Of a DNA stretch of 64,000 bases, positions 18,124 through 32,362 are shown in pieces; the stretch's first letter is position 1, and each line of letters starts with the position of its first letter. The position numbers and the translations under genes were made by a program. A model generated the notes under the pieces. That model was not told the origin of the DNA and made no database searches. It saw only the letters and a list, made by a program, of their open reading frames with translations. The stretch comes from an uncultured Pseudomonadota bacterium (GTDB lineage Bacteria; Myxococcota_A; Polyangia; Fen-1088). The stretch spans positions 128,001 to 192,000 of the forward strand of contig CAWKBC010000017.1 of NCBI GenBank assembly GCA_963847705.1, read 5' to 3'.

Positions 18124-19039
18124 CGCGCTCGGGCTGCTCGGCCTGCTGGCCCTCGGCGCCTGCCATCACCGCGAGGCCCCCGCCGCGCCGCCACCGGCGC
18201 CGAAACCGGCGCTGGGGGCAATCGACGTTCAGCTCGCCCCGCCGCCGGACGACAAGACCCCGCGCCTCGAAAGCGGACCGCTGGAGCAGGCCTTGCGCGC
18301 GCGCTTGCTGGCAACGGGGCTGTTTGCGCCGGGCGGGGCTCCTGCCAGGGTCGGCGCGCGCGTCGGCACGGAGGTCGTGGAGGTGGGCACGGTGGGCGAG
18401 GCACGGGCGGTCGTGGGGCTGCAGCTCGACGACGGCAGAGCCGAGCTGCCCGACAGCGTGTCGTTCAAGCTGGAAGGACGCGGGAGCGAACGTTATGCGG
18501 TCCCCAAGCCGGAACGCAAAGGAGCAGCCCCCGCGCCTGCGCCGGAGCGCGCCGCAGCCCTGAACCGGCTGGTGCTGCGCATCGCCGGCGATCTGATCGA
18601 CGGCTACGTGGCCCGGCGCCAGCTCGAGCAAGGTCCGCCCGCGGGCGTGCACGCGGCACTCCAGGCCGACGGCGGCGCGCTGCGCGACGACGCGATCCGG
18701 GTGGTCGGCGAGCGGAAGCTGCGTGACGAGGTCCCGACGCTGCTCAAGCTGCTCAGCGATCCCGATGAGCCGACCCGCGATGCGGCGCTGGGATCCTTGA
18801 TTGCGCTCGGCGATCGCCGAGCGGTCAGCGAGCTGACGCGGACCCGGTCTCTGCGCGATCGGCACGAGATGCACAAGATGATCGAGGCGATCGCCATCCT
18901 CGGCGGGCAGGAGGCGGACCAGTACCTGAGCTTCGTCGCGGCCACCCACGACGACGACGAGATTCGCGCCGAGGCGGCCGCGGCGCGCGCGCGCCTGCAG
19001 CGGCGCGAAAACGATGCAGTTGCGCCAAGATCCGAGTGA
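17999..19039 (+). CDS. HEAT-repeat lipoprotein
   Basis: Lipobox LGAC after a hydrophobic segment; VPTLLKLLSDPDEPTRDAALGSL.ALGD..AV..L HEAT_2-like repeats. Start uncertain (overlaps the upstream gene). Confidence 0.75.
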   Translation: MPTRSPSPRAPARSRAPARRHVRTIVRCSRRGRRAGAFARASALGLLGLLALGACHHREAPAAPPPAPKPALGAIDVQLAPPPDDKTPRLESGPLEQALRARLLATGLFAPGGAPARVGARVGTEVVEVGTVGEARAVVGLQLDDGRAELPDSVSFKLEGRGSERYAVPKPERKGAAPAPAPERAAALNRLVLRIAGDLIDGYVARRQLEQGPPAGVHAALQADGGALRDDAIRVVGERKLRDEVPTLLKLLSDPDEPTRDAALGSLIALGDRRAVSELTRTRSLRDRHEMHKMIEAIAILGGQEADQYLSFVAATHDDDEIRAEAAAARARLQRRENDAVAPRSE

Positions 19040-19122
19040 TCTCCACAGTGATGTCCGGCGTGAGCTTCGACGGACGTCCGACCGATGGCGTCCGGCCTCA
19101 GGATGCCAACTAAAATATTTAC

Positions 19123-19181
19123 CTACATTTTTGCCAGTGATTGCAATAACATTGCTTGAGTGTCATCCGCCAATGTAGTTG
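19123..19181. promoter_or_regulatory. Cluster of CAA-N5-TTG inverted-repeat boxes upstream of the activator gene
   Basis: CTAcatttTTG at 19123, CAAtaacaTTG at 19144, CAAtgtagTTG at 19171, in an AT-rich intergenic patch. Confidence 0.55.
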
Positions 19182-19189
19182 ACAGCCGG

Positions 19190-24169
<4,980 letters not shown>

Positions 24170-24192
24170 CCTCCGGCGAACCCGCGCAGCTT

Positions 24193-24224
24193 CAATCATG
24201 TTGCGATTCCCGCCAACTTTGTTG
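24193..24224. promoter_or_regulatory. Tandem CAA-N5-TTG boxes 21 bp apart (candidate enhancer/UAS)
   Basis: CAAtcatgTTG at 24193 and CAActttgTTG at 24214. Confidence 0.55.
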
Positions 24225-24266
24225 ACGCCCGACCGGCGGAGACCCCGGCTTTTCGGGCCGATTTGT

Positions 24267-24282
24267 GGGCGTGTCATTTGCA
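24267..24282 (+). promoter_or_regulatory. Putative sigma54 (-24/-12) promoter
   Basis: GGGCGTGTCATTTGCA: GG (24268-69), 10 nt, GC (24280-81) within TTGCA; about 30 nt before ATG 24311. Confidence 0.65.
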
Positions 24283-24310
24283 GCTCAGCCTCTGCGAGGG
24301 AATCCGCCCA

Positions 24311-24712
24311 ATGACTCTGCTCCGCCGACGCTGGCTGAAGATGGGGACGCTGCTGGGCGCCTCCGCGCTGCTCTGGTCGTGTGTCGCCCCGATTCTGACG
24401 GTGCCACCGCCCAGTGAGGTCGCGTTCGAGTCGACGATGCTCACCGCCAGCGACGGGACGCTGCAGACGTTCTGGATCGCCTCAGGGGGCCCGCTCGAGC
24501 AGGCGGCGAACGCGACCTACTACGTCTTCGACCGCACGCTTGGGGCCGGCGTCATCACCACCGGCCGCAACGACGGCTCGTTCACCGCGCCGCCCTTGCA
24601 GGGGAACGCCAAGGACCAGGTGCTGGTCTACTACAAGACGCCGTTCGGCGATTACAGCGACTCGCTCTGCGTCTTGCTCGGGACCGCCGCCTCGCCCGCG
24701 GCCTGCGAGTAG
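24311..24712 (+). CDS. Small lipoprotein of unknown function
   Basis: Basic N-terminus, hydrophobic stretch, LWSC lipobox; beta-rich mature part with two C-terminal Cys. Confidence 0.75.
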   Translation: MTLLRRRWLKMGTLLGASALLWSCVAPILTVPPPSEVAFESTMLTASDGTLQTFWIASGGPLEQAANATYYVFDRTLGAGVITTGRNDGSFTAPPLQGNAKDQVLVYYKTPFGDYSDSLCVLLGTAASPAACE

Positions 24713-24864
24713 CCCGGCAGCCGGCGGACCTCTTCGCGCGCGATACGCCAGGCCGCCTGGATGATCCAGGAGATGGAGCGGTCCTGGCGGATCGCCTCGT
24801 GCTGGGTCTCGCCCAGCACCGTGGCGTTGAAGTACAGCGTGACCTTTTTCTTCGGCGACGACAT
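24652..24864 (-). CDS. TIGR04563 (MXAN_4361/4362-like) small ribbon-helix-helix-like protein
   Basis: MSSPKKKVTLYFNATVLGETQHEAIRQDRSISWIIQAAWRIAR fits K.SLYF...L.EI..EA.RQDRS.SW..Q.AW.IAR. GGAGG SD upstream. Hidden at the end of a spurious 349-aa ORF in the track. Confidence 0.85.
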   Translation of the reverse strand: MSSPKKKVTLYFNATVLGETQHEAIRQDRSISWIIQAAWRIAREEVRRLPGYSQAAGEAAVPSKTQSESL

Positions 24865-24896
24865 TCGTCCTCCGTCCTCGCGGGTCGGGCGCGAGA

Positions 24897-25730
24897 CTAA
24901 AAAGAGATGCTGGGCGTCGACGGCAGGAAGAAGACCAGGTTGGCCGACACCACGAAGGTGTGCGTCCAGGTCAGATCGGCGGTCGTGGCGTGCAGGTCGC
25001 CGTTGGTGTCCCGGCCCGATGGATTGAGCTTGGCCAGCATGTCGCGCAGTTCGACGTTCAACGCCATCCAGTGGTTGAAGTAGCTGTGCAGCCCCAGCCC
25101 GTAGGTGGCGGCGATCTTCGATCCGCTGACGCCGCAGTAGTAGGCCGAGCCGCTGACCATGTTGTTCGCGTTGGGGTTGGTGGATGCGCAGGCGGGGATG
25201 CCCGAGTTGGTGGGCGTCACGCTGATGACCCCGGCGCCGCCCAGCAGGTAGAAGTCGTAGTTGGCGAACAGCCAGCCGGCCAGCGAGTACTTTCCGGTGA
25301 AGGGCGTGAACTCGAGCTGCCCGCCCAGGATATTGTTGATCTTCTGCATCGAGTTCAGCGCGTCGGTCCTGGTCGGCTCGAAGGGCGTCGACGGATTGCT
25401 GCCCAGCGATCCCAGAAGATCGGACTGGAAGGTGGTGGCGACGTTCGCCACCGCAAACCCACCGAACAGCGACACGGCAAGCCAGTCGTTGATGTGGAAC
25501 CCGAGCTTCAGGTTGAGAAAGACCGTGTGGTAAAAATCCTGGTTGATCGTCGTGCCCACCCCGGCGCCGAGCTCCAGGCGGCTGGCCCGCAGCTCGTAGC
25601 GCTTCCGGATCGCGGGTGCATCGGCCAGCGGGCTCTTGCGCTGTGCCTGCGCTGCGAGCGGCACCACCGTCACCGCCAGAGCGATGAGCAGCGAGAGCCA
25701 CCGAGCTTTGGTCGTCTTGGTCATGGGCAT
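24897..25730 (-). CDS. Myxobacterial outer-membrane beta-barrel protein (TIGR04565 / GltA-GltB-like)
   Basis: Signal peptide ending AQA; amphipathic strands; PFTGKYSL motif; GGAG SD before ATG 25730. Confidence 0.8.
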   Translation of the reverse strand: MPMTKTTKARWLSLLIALAVTVVPLAAQAQRKSPLADAPAIRKRYELRASRLELGAGVGTTINQDFYHTVFLNLKLGFHINDWLAVSLFGGFAVANVATTFQSDLLGSLGSNPSTPFEPTRTDALNSMQKINNILGGQLEFTPFTGKYSLAGWLFANYDFYLLGGAGVISVTPTNSGIPACASTNPNANNMVSGSAYYCGVSGSKIAATYGLGLHSYFNHWMALNVELRDMLAKLNPSGRDTNGDLHATTADLTWTHTFVVSANLVFFLPSTPSISF

Positions 25731-25794
25731 GTCCTTCTCCGAGCGCCGGGTCACGTTCAGGTTCAGATCCGCGTTCATGTTCATGGACGCCGCC

Positions 25795-26805
25795 CTAACG
25801 AGGAGTCTTGTACTGGAATTTCGTCGGCAGATAGATTCCAACGCCGACGTAGAACATGACGTTCTGGACGAGCTCCGACTGCGCCTGCGCCTTGGCTTCG
25901 GCCGAGGTGGTGATGCCCGCGGATGCGCCGTCGGGTTTGGGCTCGAACTTGTCGGGGACCAGGTAGTCGCGCAGCGCGAAATTCACGCTCAGCCAGTTCA
26001 GCAAGAAGAAGCGGCTCCCGATGCCCACGTTCGGCGTGATATCGGTGTTCTGAAAGGCGAGCGCGTCGTTGGCGGGGTCGCGCGGGATGACCTTGGTGAA
26101 CGTCACGCCGACGCCCGCCGAAGCCCAGATCTCCCAGCTCAGGATCGAGCGGTTGAAGAGGGCGAACTTGCCGTAGACCGGCACGTACCCGAAGTTCAGC
26201 GCGCCGCCGTAGAGGTACTCGTTGAGGGTCGGCGCGCGGTTGTACTCGCTGCCGACCAGCTCTTCCTGGTTGGTGAGCTGGTGGATGAAGTACTGTCCCT
26301 GGAGGCCGATCCAGAAGACGTCGGTCAGGAAGTAGTTGAGGTCGAGGCCGAGAACGTAGTGGCGGATGAGGCTGTCGTTGACCGAGATCCCGGTGAAGGG
26401 CTGAAACTCGAAGCGCCCTCCCTTGAGAAAGGCCTTTCTGGGAACGACGACGATGTCGGCCCAGCTGCCGGTCGAGGCGGGGCGAGCTCCCTTGGGCGCG
26501 CCGCCCAGGTCTTCCTCGACCTTGCCTGGCTGAGTTTCGTCCCCCTCCAGGCTCTCGCTCGGGGTGGCCGCCGCTCCGCCAGCCGCATTTCCGGTCGCGT
26601 CGGTCTTTCCGGTATCGCCGGCGGTCTGGTCATCCGCGGCCCCGGAATTGGTGGCCTTATCGGTATTCTTGGCGCTGTCATCAGCGACCGCGGAATCATC
26701 CGCTGCCGGTGCCGCCGCCTTCCCGCCTCCCTTTTTCGCGTAACCGGGTGCCGCCCAACCTAGGAGGGCAACCCATATGAAGAGGCAGATGGCCGGTCGC
26801 TTCAT
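25795..26805 (-). CDS. Myxobacterial outer-membrane beta-barrel protein (TIGR04565 / GltA-GltB-like)
   Basis: Signal peptide; IVVVPRKAFLKGGRFE..P...S.ND, PVYGKFALFN, G.G.RFF...WL.....RDY, GIYLP motifs; GAGGG SD. Confidence 0.85.
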   Translation of the reverse strand: MKRPAICLFIWVALLGWAAPGYAKKGGGKAAAPAADDSAVADDSAKNTDKATNSGAADDQTAGDTGKTDATGNAAGGAAATPSESLEGDETQPGKVEEDLGGAPKGARPASTGSWADIVVVPRKAFLKGGRFEFQPFTGISVNDSLIRHYVLGLDLNYFLTDVFWIGLQGQYFIHQLTNQEELVGSEYNRAPTLNEYLYGGALNFGYVPVYGKFALFNRSILSWEIWASAGVGVTFTKVIPRDPANDALAFQNTDITPNVGIGSRFFLLNWLSVNFALRDYLVPDKFEPKPDGASAGITTSAEAKAQAQSELVQNVMFYVGVGIYLPTKFQYKTPR

Positions 26806-26862
26806 GATCCCTCGCTGTCTCTGGGGGGGTGGAAAGAGCCGAAGGGCTAAAAACCCAAAAAA

Positions 26863-26875
26863 AATCAAAGACTTA
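26863..26875 (+). promoter_or_regulatory. IHF-consensus site
   Basis: AATCAAagacTTA matches WATCAANNNNTTR and is preceded by A-tracts. Confidence 0.55.
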
Positions 26876-26898
26876 CGGCCAGAATCAGAATTTTGCGC

Positions 26899-26928
26899 AC
26901 TATAGCACGCGGAAAAAAATCCAAGCAA
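26899..26928 (-). promoter_or_regulatory. Putative sigma70 promoter of the beta-barrel operon
   Basis: Minus strand TTGCTT-18 nt-TATAGT with an extended -10 TG. Confidence 0.6.
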
Positions 26929-26942
26929 CTAAAATTGCTGAG

Positions 26943-28280
26943 CTACCCCTCGAGCGGAGCGAAGAGGGCCTCGACGAACTCTTCTGGATCGAAGCGTCGC
27001 AGGTCATCCACCGTCTCGCCGACACCCACGTAGCGAACCGGGATCTTCAGCTGATCCGCGATTCCAAGAATCACCCCACCTTTGGCCGTGCCGTCCAGCT
27101 TGGTGAGCACAATACCGGAAACCGCCATCGCTTCAGTAAAGATTTGCGCCTGGGCGATCGCGTTCTGGCCGCTCGTCGAATCGATCACCAGCCAGGTCTC
27201 GTGGGGCGCTCCGGGCGCCGCCTTGGCAAGCGTGCGGCGGACCTTCTGCAACTCCTGCATCAGATCGACCTTGGTGTGCAGCCGCCCGGCGGTGTCGGCG
27301 ATCGCGACGTCGAAGCTCTCGGTCACGGCGCGCTTGACGCCATCGAAGATGACCGATGAAGGATCTGCCCCTTCTTTTCCGCGGACGATCGTCGCGCCCG
27401 TGCGTCCTGCCCAGATCTCGAGTTGCTCGGCCGCCGCCGCCCGAAAGGTGTCGCCGGCGGCGAGCAAGACCCGCTTTCCGTCGCCGGCCAGCTTCGCCGC
27501 CAGCTTGCCGATGGTGGTCGTCTTGCCGCTGCCATTGACGCCGATGACGAGGAGGACGAACGGCTTCGCCGACGAGAAATCGAGCTCGGGGGCCGGCAGC
27601 GAGAGCATCTCGGCGCTCCGCTGGCGCAGGAAGGCCCAGACGGCGTCGGGATCCTTGAGCTCGCGGCGGGAGAGGGAGCTGCGGATCTCCTCCAGAAGTT
27701 TCTGGCTGGTCTTGACGCCGATGTCGGCGGTGAGGAGCACCTTCTCGATCTCGTCGACGACGGAGGGGTCGAGCTCCTTGCGACCCGAGAACAGCTCGCC
27801 GAGCCGCGCGATGAAACCCGTCGAGCGCGTGCGGGCCAGCCCCGGCGCCAGCGCGGAGACCTTCTTTTCCTTGGGCGCGGCGGGCGCCGGGAAGGGAATG
27901 ACCTGAGCGGAGCGCGGCTCTGCCTCGGGCTCCGCTTCGGGAGGCGCTGTTTCCGGTTCTTCGGCCCGCTCCCTGTGGGCGTGGGCGGGCGCGTGGCCGG
28001 AGGAGGCCCGCGCCGAGCGGGCGGGAGACGCCTCTTCTTCAGGACCGGCTTCTGGTTCCTCTTTTTCGGGTTCGGGTTCGACCGCTTTGGTTTTTGGCGC
28101 ACCCTGACGTCGGGGCAGCGCGGCCGGAACCTCATCGACCGCGTCAATCTGCCGGCGGCGGGCGGCGCGCGCGCGCCGGACGAAGAGGACGCCCAGAACG
28201 CCGGTCACACCCACGCCGCCGACGACGGCAATCAGCTCGTAGAGCTCGGTTGGACTGATAGGCAGCGACGACAAATCCAT
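26943..28280 (-). CDS. ftsY: Signal recognition particle receptor FtsY with N-terminal transmembrane helix
   Basis: [46 protein letters not shown]. Start taken at ATG 28280. Confidence 0.96.
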   Translation of the reverse strand: MDLSSLPISPTELYELIAVVGGVGVTGVLGVLFVRRARAARRRQIDAVDEVPAALPRRQGAPKTKAVEPEPEKEEPEAGPEEEASPARSARASSGHAPAHAHRERAEEPETAPPEAEPEAEPRSAQVIPFPAPAAPKEKKVSALAPGLARTRSTGFIARLGELFSGRKELDPSVVDEIEKVLLTADIGVKTSQKLLEEIRSSLSRRELKDPDAVWAFLRQRSAEMLSLPAPELDFSSAKPFVLLVIGVNGSGKTTTIGKLAAKLAGDGKRVLLAAGDTFRAAAAEQLEIWAGRTGATIVRGKEGADPSSVIFDGVKRAVTESFDVAIADTAGRLHTKVDLMQELQKVRRTLAKAAPGAPHETWLVIDSTSGQNAIAQAQIFTEAMAVSGIVLTKLDGTAKGGVILGIADQLKIPVRYVGVGETVDDLRRFDPEEFVEALFAPLEG

Positions 28281-28497
28281 CGGGGGTGGGACACTATCAC
28301 CAAACGTGGGATTGTCGTCGCCGTGCCCATCCGCGCCGGCCGCCAGGTCGAAATTTGCGTCGACGACTGCGGCCTGCGACGTTCTTTGGCGACACTGTTT
28401 ACAGAACCGAGACGAGGATGCTACAAGGTGAGGCTGCCGTGACAATACATTCTACGTATGGTCGCGACCCCGGTCCCCACCGAAAGCGGAGGCGCAC

Positions 28498-31400
28498 GTG
28501 AAGATCAAGCGCATCGAGATCTGCGGTTTCAAGTCGTTCGTCGACAAGACGTCCATCAGCTTCCCGGACCCGATCACCTCGATCGTCGGCCCGAACGGGT
28601 GCGGTAAGTCGAACGTGGTCGACGCGATCCGGTGGGTCATGGGCGAGCAGTCCGCCAAGCACCTGCGTGGCCGCGCGATGGAGGACGTCATCTTTGCCGG
28701 CTCCGAGTCGCGTGGACCGGCCGGTTTCGCCGAGGTCTCGCTGTCGTTCGACGCGCGCAGCCTGGCTGCCGACGCGGTGGCGGGGGGCGTGGCCTGGGGC
28801 GCGGCCAGACCCGAAGAGATCGTGGTGACCCGTCGGCTCTACCGGGACGGCCAGAGTGACTATCTGCTCAACGGCGTCCCGTCGCGGCTGCGCGACGTGG
28901 TCGAGTTCTTCCTGGGCACGGGGGTCGGCTCGAAGGCCTACGCCATCATCGAGCAGGGGCGAATCGGGTTCATCGTCTCGTCGCGGCCCGAGGATCGCCG
29001 GGGCCTCATCGACGAGGCGGCCGGGATCACCCGTTACAAGTCCAAGAAGAAGGCGGCCGAGCGCCGGATGGACTCGACACGCCAGCACCTCCTGCGGGTG
29101 ACCGACATCGTCGGCGAGATCGAAGGGCGGCTGCGTTCGCTGCGTCTGCAGGCGCAGAAGGCCGAGCGCTACAAGCGCTACAAGGGCGAGCTGCGCGATC
29201 TCGACCTCTGGTCCTCGTCGCAACGTTACCTTGGTCATCTCGCCGACGAGAAGTCGGCGATCAGCGAGCTCGCCGAGGTGCGCGAGCGCCACGATCTCGA
29301 CGCGGCCGCGCTGGCGGTCGAGGAGGCGTCGGTCGAGGCCGAGCGGCTGTCGGGCGCCGAAGAGGCGAACGAGCTGGCGACCGCCAAGGACGAGCTTTTC
29401 GCGCTGTCGAACCGGGCGCAGCTCGGGATGCAGCGGGCGGCCCATCACGAGTCAGAGGCGAGCGAGCTGACGTCGCGGGCCGAGGCGGGCCGTAAGGAGG
29501 TCGAGGAGCTGCGGGCGCGGGCCATTGCACGCGGCGCCGACGTCGAGGAGCTCACCGCCCAGCTGTCGGACATCGACGGCGACGCCGAGCGGCGCGAGCG
29601 CGAGTACGATCTGGAGGCGCGCCTGCAAGACGTGCGGCGCGTGGCCCTCATCGAGGCGCGCGGCGCGCTCGACGGGGCGGTCGGGGAGATGGCCTCGGCC
29701 AGCGCGCGGCTGGCCCGCCTGGGGGCGGAGCGAACGGCGGCGATGGCGCGCCGCGAGGATCTGGCCGGGCGGCTGGCAGGCCTGGCGGGCGAAGAGGAAG
29801 CCGCGAACGAGCGGCTGTCGGCGCTGACCTCCGACGAGAGCGAGTTTCAGGAGCGCGTCCTGGCGCTGCGCGCGCGGGTCGAGGCGGCGCGGCACCGGGC
29901 CGCCGACGAAGAGGCGCAGCTGGCCGCGCTGCGCGCCGATCTCGGCCGGGGCGAGCTGGAGCTCGAAACCCTGCGGGAGGAGTCGCACCGGCGGCGCTCG
30001 CGGCTGGCGTCGCTGTCGGAGATCCAGGAGCGCTACGAGAGCTTCCAAAAGGGCGTCCGCGCCATCATGCAGGAGCATCAGCAGGGCGGCGGCCGGGCGG
30101 GGGTCACGGGGATCGAAGGGATCGTCGCCGACATCATGCGTCCGCCACCGGAGCTGGAGACCGCGGTCGAAGCGGTGCTCGGCGAGCGGCTGGGCAACGT
30201 GATCGTCGAATCGCACCAGGCGGGCGTGGAGGCGATCCAGTTCCTCAAGCAGAAGAGCGAGGGGCGCTCGTCGTTCATCCCGATCGCGCTGCGGGCGCAG
30301 CGGGGCGAGGTGCTCTACGACGCCATGGGCGGGTCCGGCGCCATGGGCGGTTCCGGCGCCATCGGTGGTTCCGGATCATCGGGCGGTTCCGACGGCGGGC
30401 TGACCCCGCTGGTCGATCCGGCCGCGGTGGCCGACGTCTGGCCCGCGGCGCCCGGCGTGCGCGGGAAGATGCTCGACCTCATCAGCTACGATCACAAGTA
30501 CGACGCGGTCGCGACCTACCTGCTCGGCGACGTGCTGGTGGTCGAGGATCTCGAGCGCGCCCTGGCGCTCTGGCGCGAGACGCGCACGACCAAGACCATC
30601 GTCACCCTCGAGGGCGAGGTGATCGATCCGCACGGCGTCGTCACCGGCGGCTCGCGCGAGTCGGCGCTGGCCGGCGTGCTCGAGCAGAAGCGCGAGATCC
30701 GCGAGCTCGAGGCGGTGATGCAACGGCTCGACGCCGACGTCGAGGCCGCTCTCGGCCGACACGTGGCGAAGAAGCAGGCCACCGCGGATCTCGGCCGCCA
30801 GCGTGATGAGGGCGCCGTCGCGCTGCGGTCCGACGAGATGGCGCTGCTCGGTCAGGAGAAGGATCTCGAGCGGCTGGTCGAAGAGCGGCGGCGCCTGGAG
30901 GCGCGGCGGGCCGCGCTGGCGGCGCAGACCGTCGATCTGACGCGCGCCCGCGAGGAGAGCGAGGCACGGCTCGAGGCCGCGACCACCGCGCTCACGGACG
31001 ACGGAGCGACCCTGGAGGACGCCGAGCGACGCGCGGGCGAGCTGCGGCTGCAGACCGTGGCGCTGGCCGACGAGGTCGATCGCGGGGTGGCCCAGCTGAC
31101 GACTCTCAAGGTGGCGGCCTCGCAGGCGACGGAGCGGCGGAAGAACGCCCGCCAGACCCTGGAGCGCCTGCTCTCCGATCGCGCGGCGGACGAGGCGCGG
31201 GCGGCGCGCCTCGACAGCACCATCGCCGAGGATCTGGCCCGGGGCGAGGCGCTGCGCGCGCAGGTCCTGGAGCTGCGGGAGGAGGCGGAGCTGGCCCAGG
31301 CGGAGGCCGAGGCCCGCGCCCGGGCGCACGGCGAGCGGCAGAGCGCGCTCGAGGCCCGGCAGTCGGCGCTGGCCGCCCGGGAGGCCGAGCTGCGCGCCGC

Positions 31401-32307
31401 GCGCGCCGAGGTGGCGCGGCTGGCGCAGGCAGCCTCGAAGCTCGAGCTGCGCAGCCGGGAGGCCGGGATGCGCCGGAGCGGAATCGAGGAGCAGGTGATC
31501 GACCGCTACCGCGACGTGGTGATCGCCTCGGTGGTCTACGACTATCACCTCCGGGCGCTGTTCGGCGAGGTCGAGGAGACGCGCGCGGAGGAGCTGCGCG
31601 GCCTCATCGAGCGCATGGGCGAGATCAACCTCACCGCCATCGAGGAGTCGGAGGAGCTGCAGAAGCGCTTCGACTTCCTGACCACGCAACGGAGCGATCT
31701 GGAGTCGGCCATCGGCCAGCTGGAGACGGCGATCGAGAAGATCAACCGCGCCTCGCGCAAGCGGTTCCGCGAGACCTTCGACGCGGTCAACGCCGAGTTC
31801 CGTGCGATCTTCCCGCGCCTCTTCGGTGGCGGTCACGCCCGGCTGGCGCTCACCGACGAGAGTGACATGCTGGAGACGGGGATCGAGATCGTCGCCAACC
31901 CGCCGGGGAAGAAGGTCAGCCAGAACATCGAGCTGCTCTCGGGCGGCGAGAAGGCGCTCACCGCGGTGTCGCTGCTGTTCGCCATCTTCCTGGTCAAGCC
32001 TTCGCCGTTCTGCGTGCTCGACGAGGTCGACGCGCCGCTCGACGAGGCGAACGTGGGCCGCTTCAACCAGGTGGTGCGCGAGATGACCGAGTTCTCTCAG
32101 TTCATCATCATCACGCACAACCGGCGCACCATGGAGATCGCCGATCGGCTGTGCGGGGTGACCATGGAAGAGCCGGGCGTCTCCAAGCTCGTGGCGGTCA
32201 ACCTGCGCAGCAACGGCGGGGACGGCAAAGACGGCAAGCCGGAGAAGATCGGCCGCGCCAAGGTGGCGACCGCGGTGGCGCCCGAATCTGCGCCGGCTCA
32301 GGCTTGA
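28498..32307 (+). CDS. smc: Chromosome segregation protein SMC
   Basis: GFKSF, GPNGCGKSN.VDAIRWVMGE, long coiled coils, hinge GRSSFIP...TLEG...GG, LSGGEK, FCVLDEVDAPLD, ITHN; GGAGG SD. Confidence 0.97.
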   Translation: MKIKRIEICGFKSFVDKTSISFPDPITSIVGPNGCGKSNVVDAIRWVMGEQSAKHLRGRAMEDVIFAGSESRGPAGFAEVSLSFDARSLAADAVAGGVAWGAARPEEIVVTRRLYRDGQSDYLLNGVPSRLRDVVEFFLGTGVGSKAYAIIEQGRIGFIVSSRPEDRRGLIDEAAGITRYKSKKKAAERRMDSTRQHLLRVTDIVGEIEGRLRSLRLQAQKAERYKRYKGELRDLDLWSSSQRYLGHLADEKSAISELAEVRERHDLDAAALAVEEASVEAERLSGAEEANELATAKDELFALSNRAQLGMQRAAHHESEASELTSRAEAGRKEVEELRARAIARGADVEELTAQLSDIDGDAERREREYDLEARLQDVRRVALIEARGALDGAVGEMASASARLARLGAERTAAMARREDLAGRLAGLAGEEEAANERLSALTSDESEFQERVLALRARVEAARHRAADEEAQLAALRADLGRGELELETLREESHRRRSRLASLSEIQERYESFQKGVRAIMQEHQQGGGRAGVTGIEGIVADIMRPPPELETAVEAVLGERLGNVIVESHQAGVEAIQFLKQKSEGRSSFIPIALRAQRGEVLYDAMGGSGAMGGSGAIGGSGSSGGSDGGLTPLVDPAAVADVWPAAPGVRGKMLDLISYDHKYDAVATYLLGDVLVVEDLERALALWRETRTTKTIVTLEGEVIDPHGVVTGGSRESALAGVLEQKREIRELEAVMQRLDADVEAALGRHVAKKQATADLGRQRDEGAVALRSDEMALLGQEKDLERLVEERRRLEARRAALAAQTVDLTRAREESEARLEAATTALTDDGATLEDAERRAGELRLQTVALADEVDRGVAQLTTLKVAASQATERRKNARQTLERLLSDRAADEARAARLDSTIAEDLARGEALRAQVLELREEAELAQAEAEARARAHGERQSALEARQSALAAREAELRAARAEVARLAQAASKLELRSREAGMRRSGIEEQVIDRYRDVVIASVVYDYHLRALFGEVEETRAEELRGLIERMGEINLTAIEESEELQKRFDFLTTQRSDLESAIGQLETAIEKINRASRKRFRETFDAVNAEFRAIFPRLFGGGHARLALTDESDMLETGIEIVANPPGKKVSQNIELLSGGEKALTAVSLLFAIFLVKPSPFCVLDEVDAPLDEANVGRFNQVVREMTEFSQFIIITHNRRTMEIADRLCGVTMEEPGVSKLVAVNLRSNGGDGKDGKPEKIGRAKVATAVAPESAPAQA
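30322..30393 (+). repeat. Four in-frame 18-bp tandem units (AMGGSG-like) inside the SMC hinge
   Basis: gccatgggcgggtccggc / gccatgggcggttccggc / gccatcggtggttccgga / tcatcgggcggttccgac. Confidence 0.85.
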
Positions 32308-32317
32308 CAACGCAGCA

Positions 32318-32346
32318 TTGACGCGTTACCAGCGGTCCCCTAAACT
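32318..32346 (+). promoter_or_regulatory. Sigma70 promoter for ferredoxin-cmk
   Basis: TTGACG-17 nt-TAAACT. Confidence 0.7.
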
Positions 32347-32362
32347 CCCCGGCAAGAAATCG

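Noticed and set aside
24652-25701. 349-aa minus-strand ORF in the track
   Set aside because: It overlaps the beta-barrel gene in another frame; only its last 70 codons form a credible gene with an SD.
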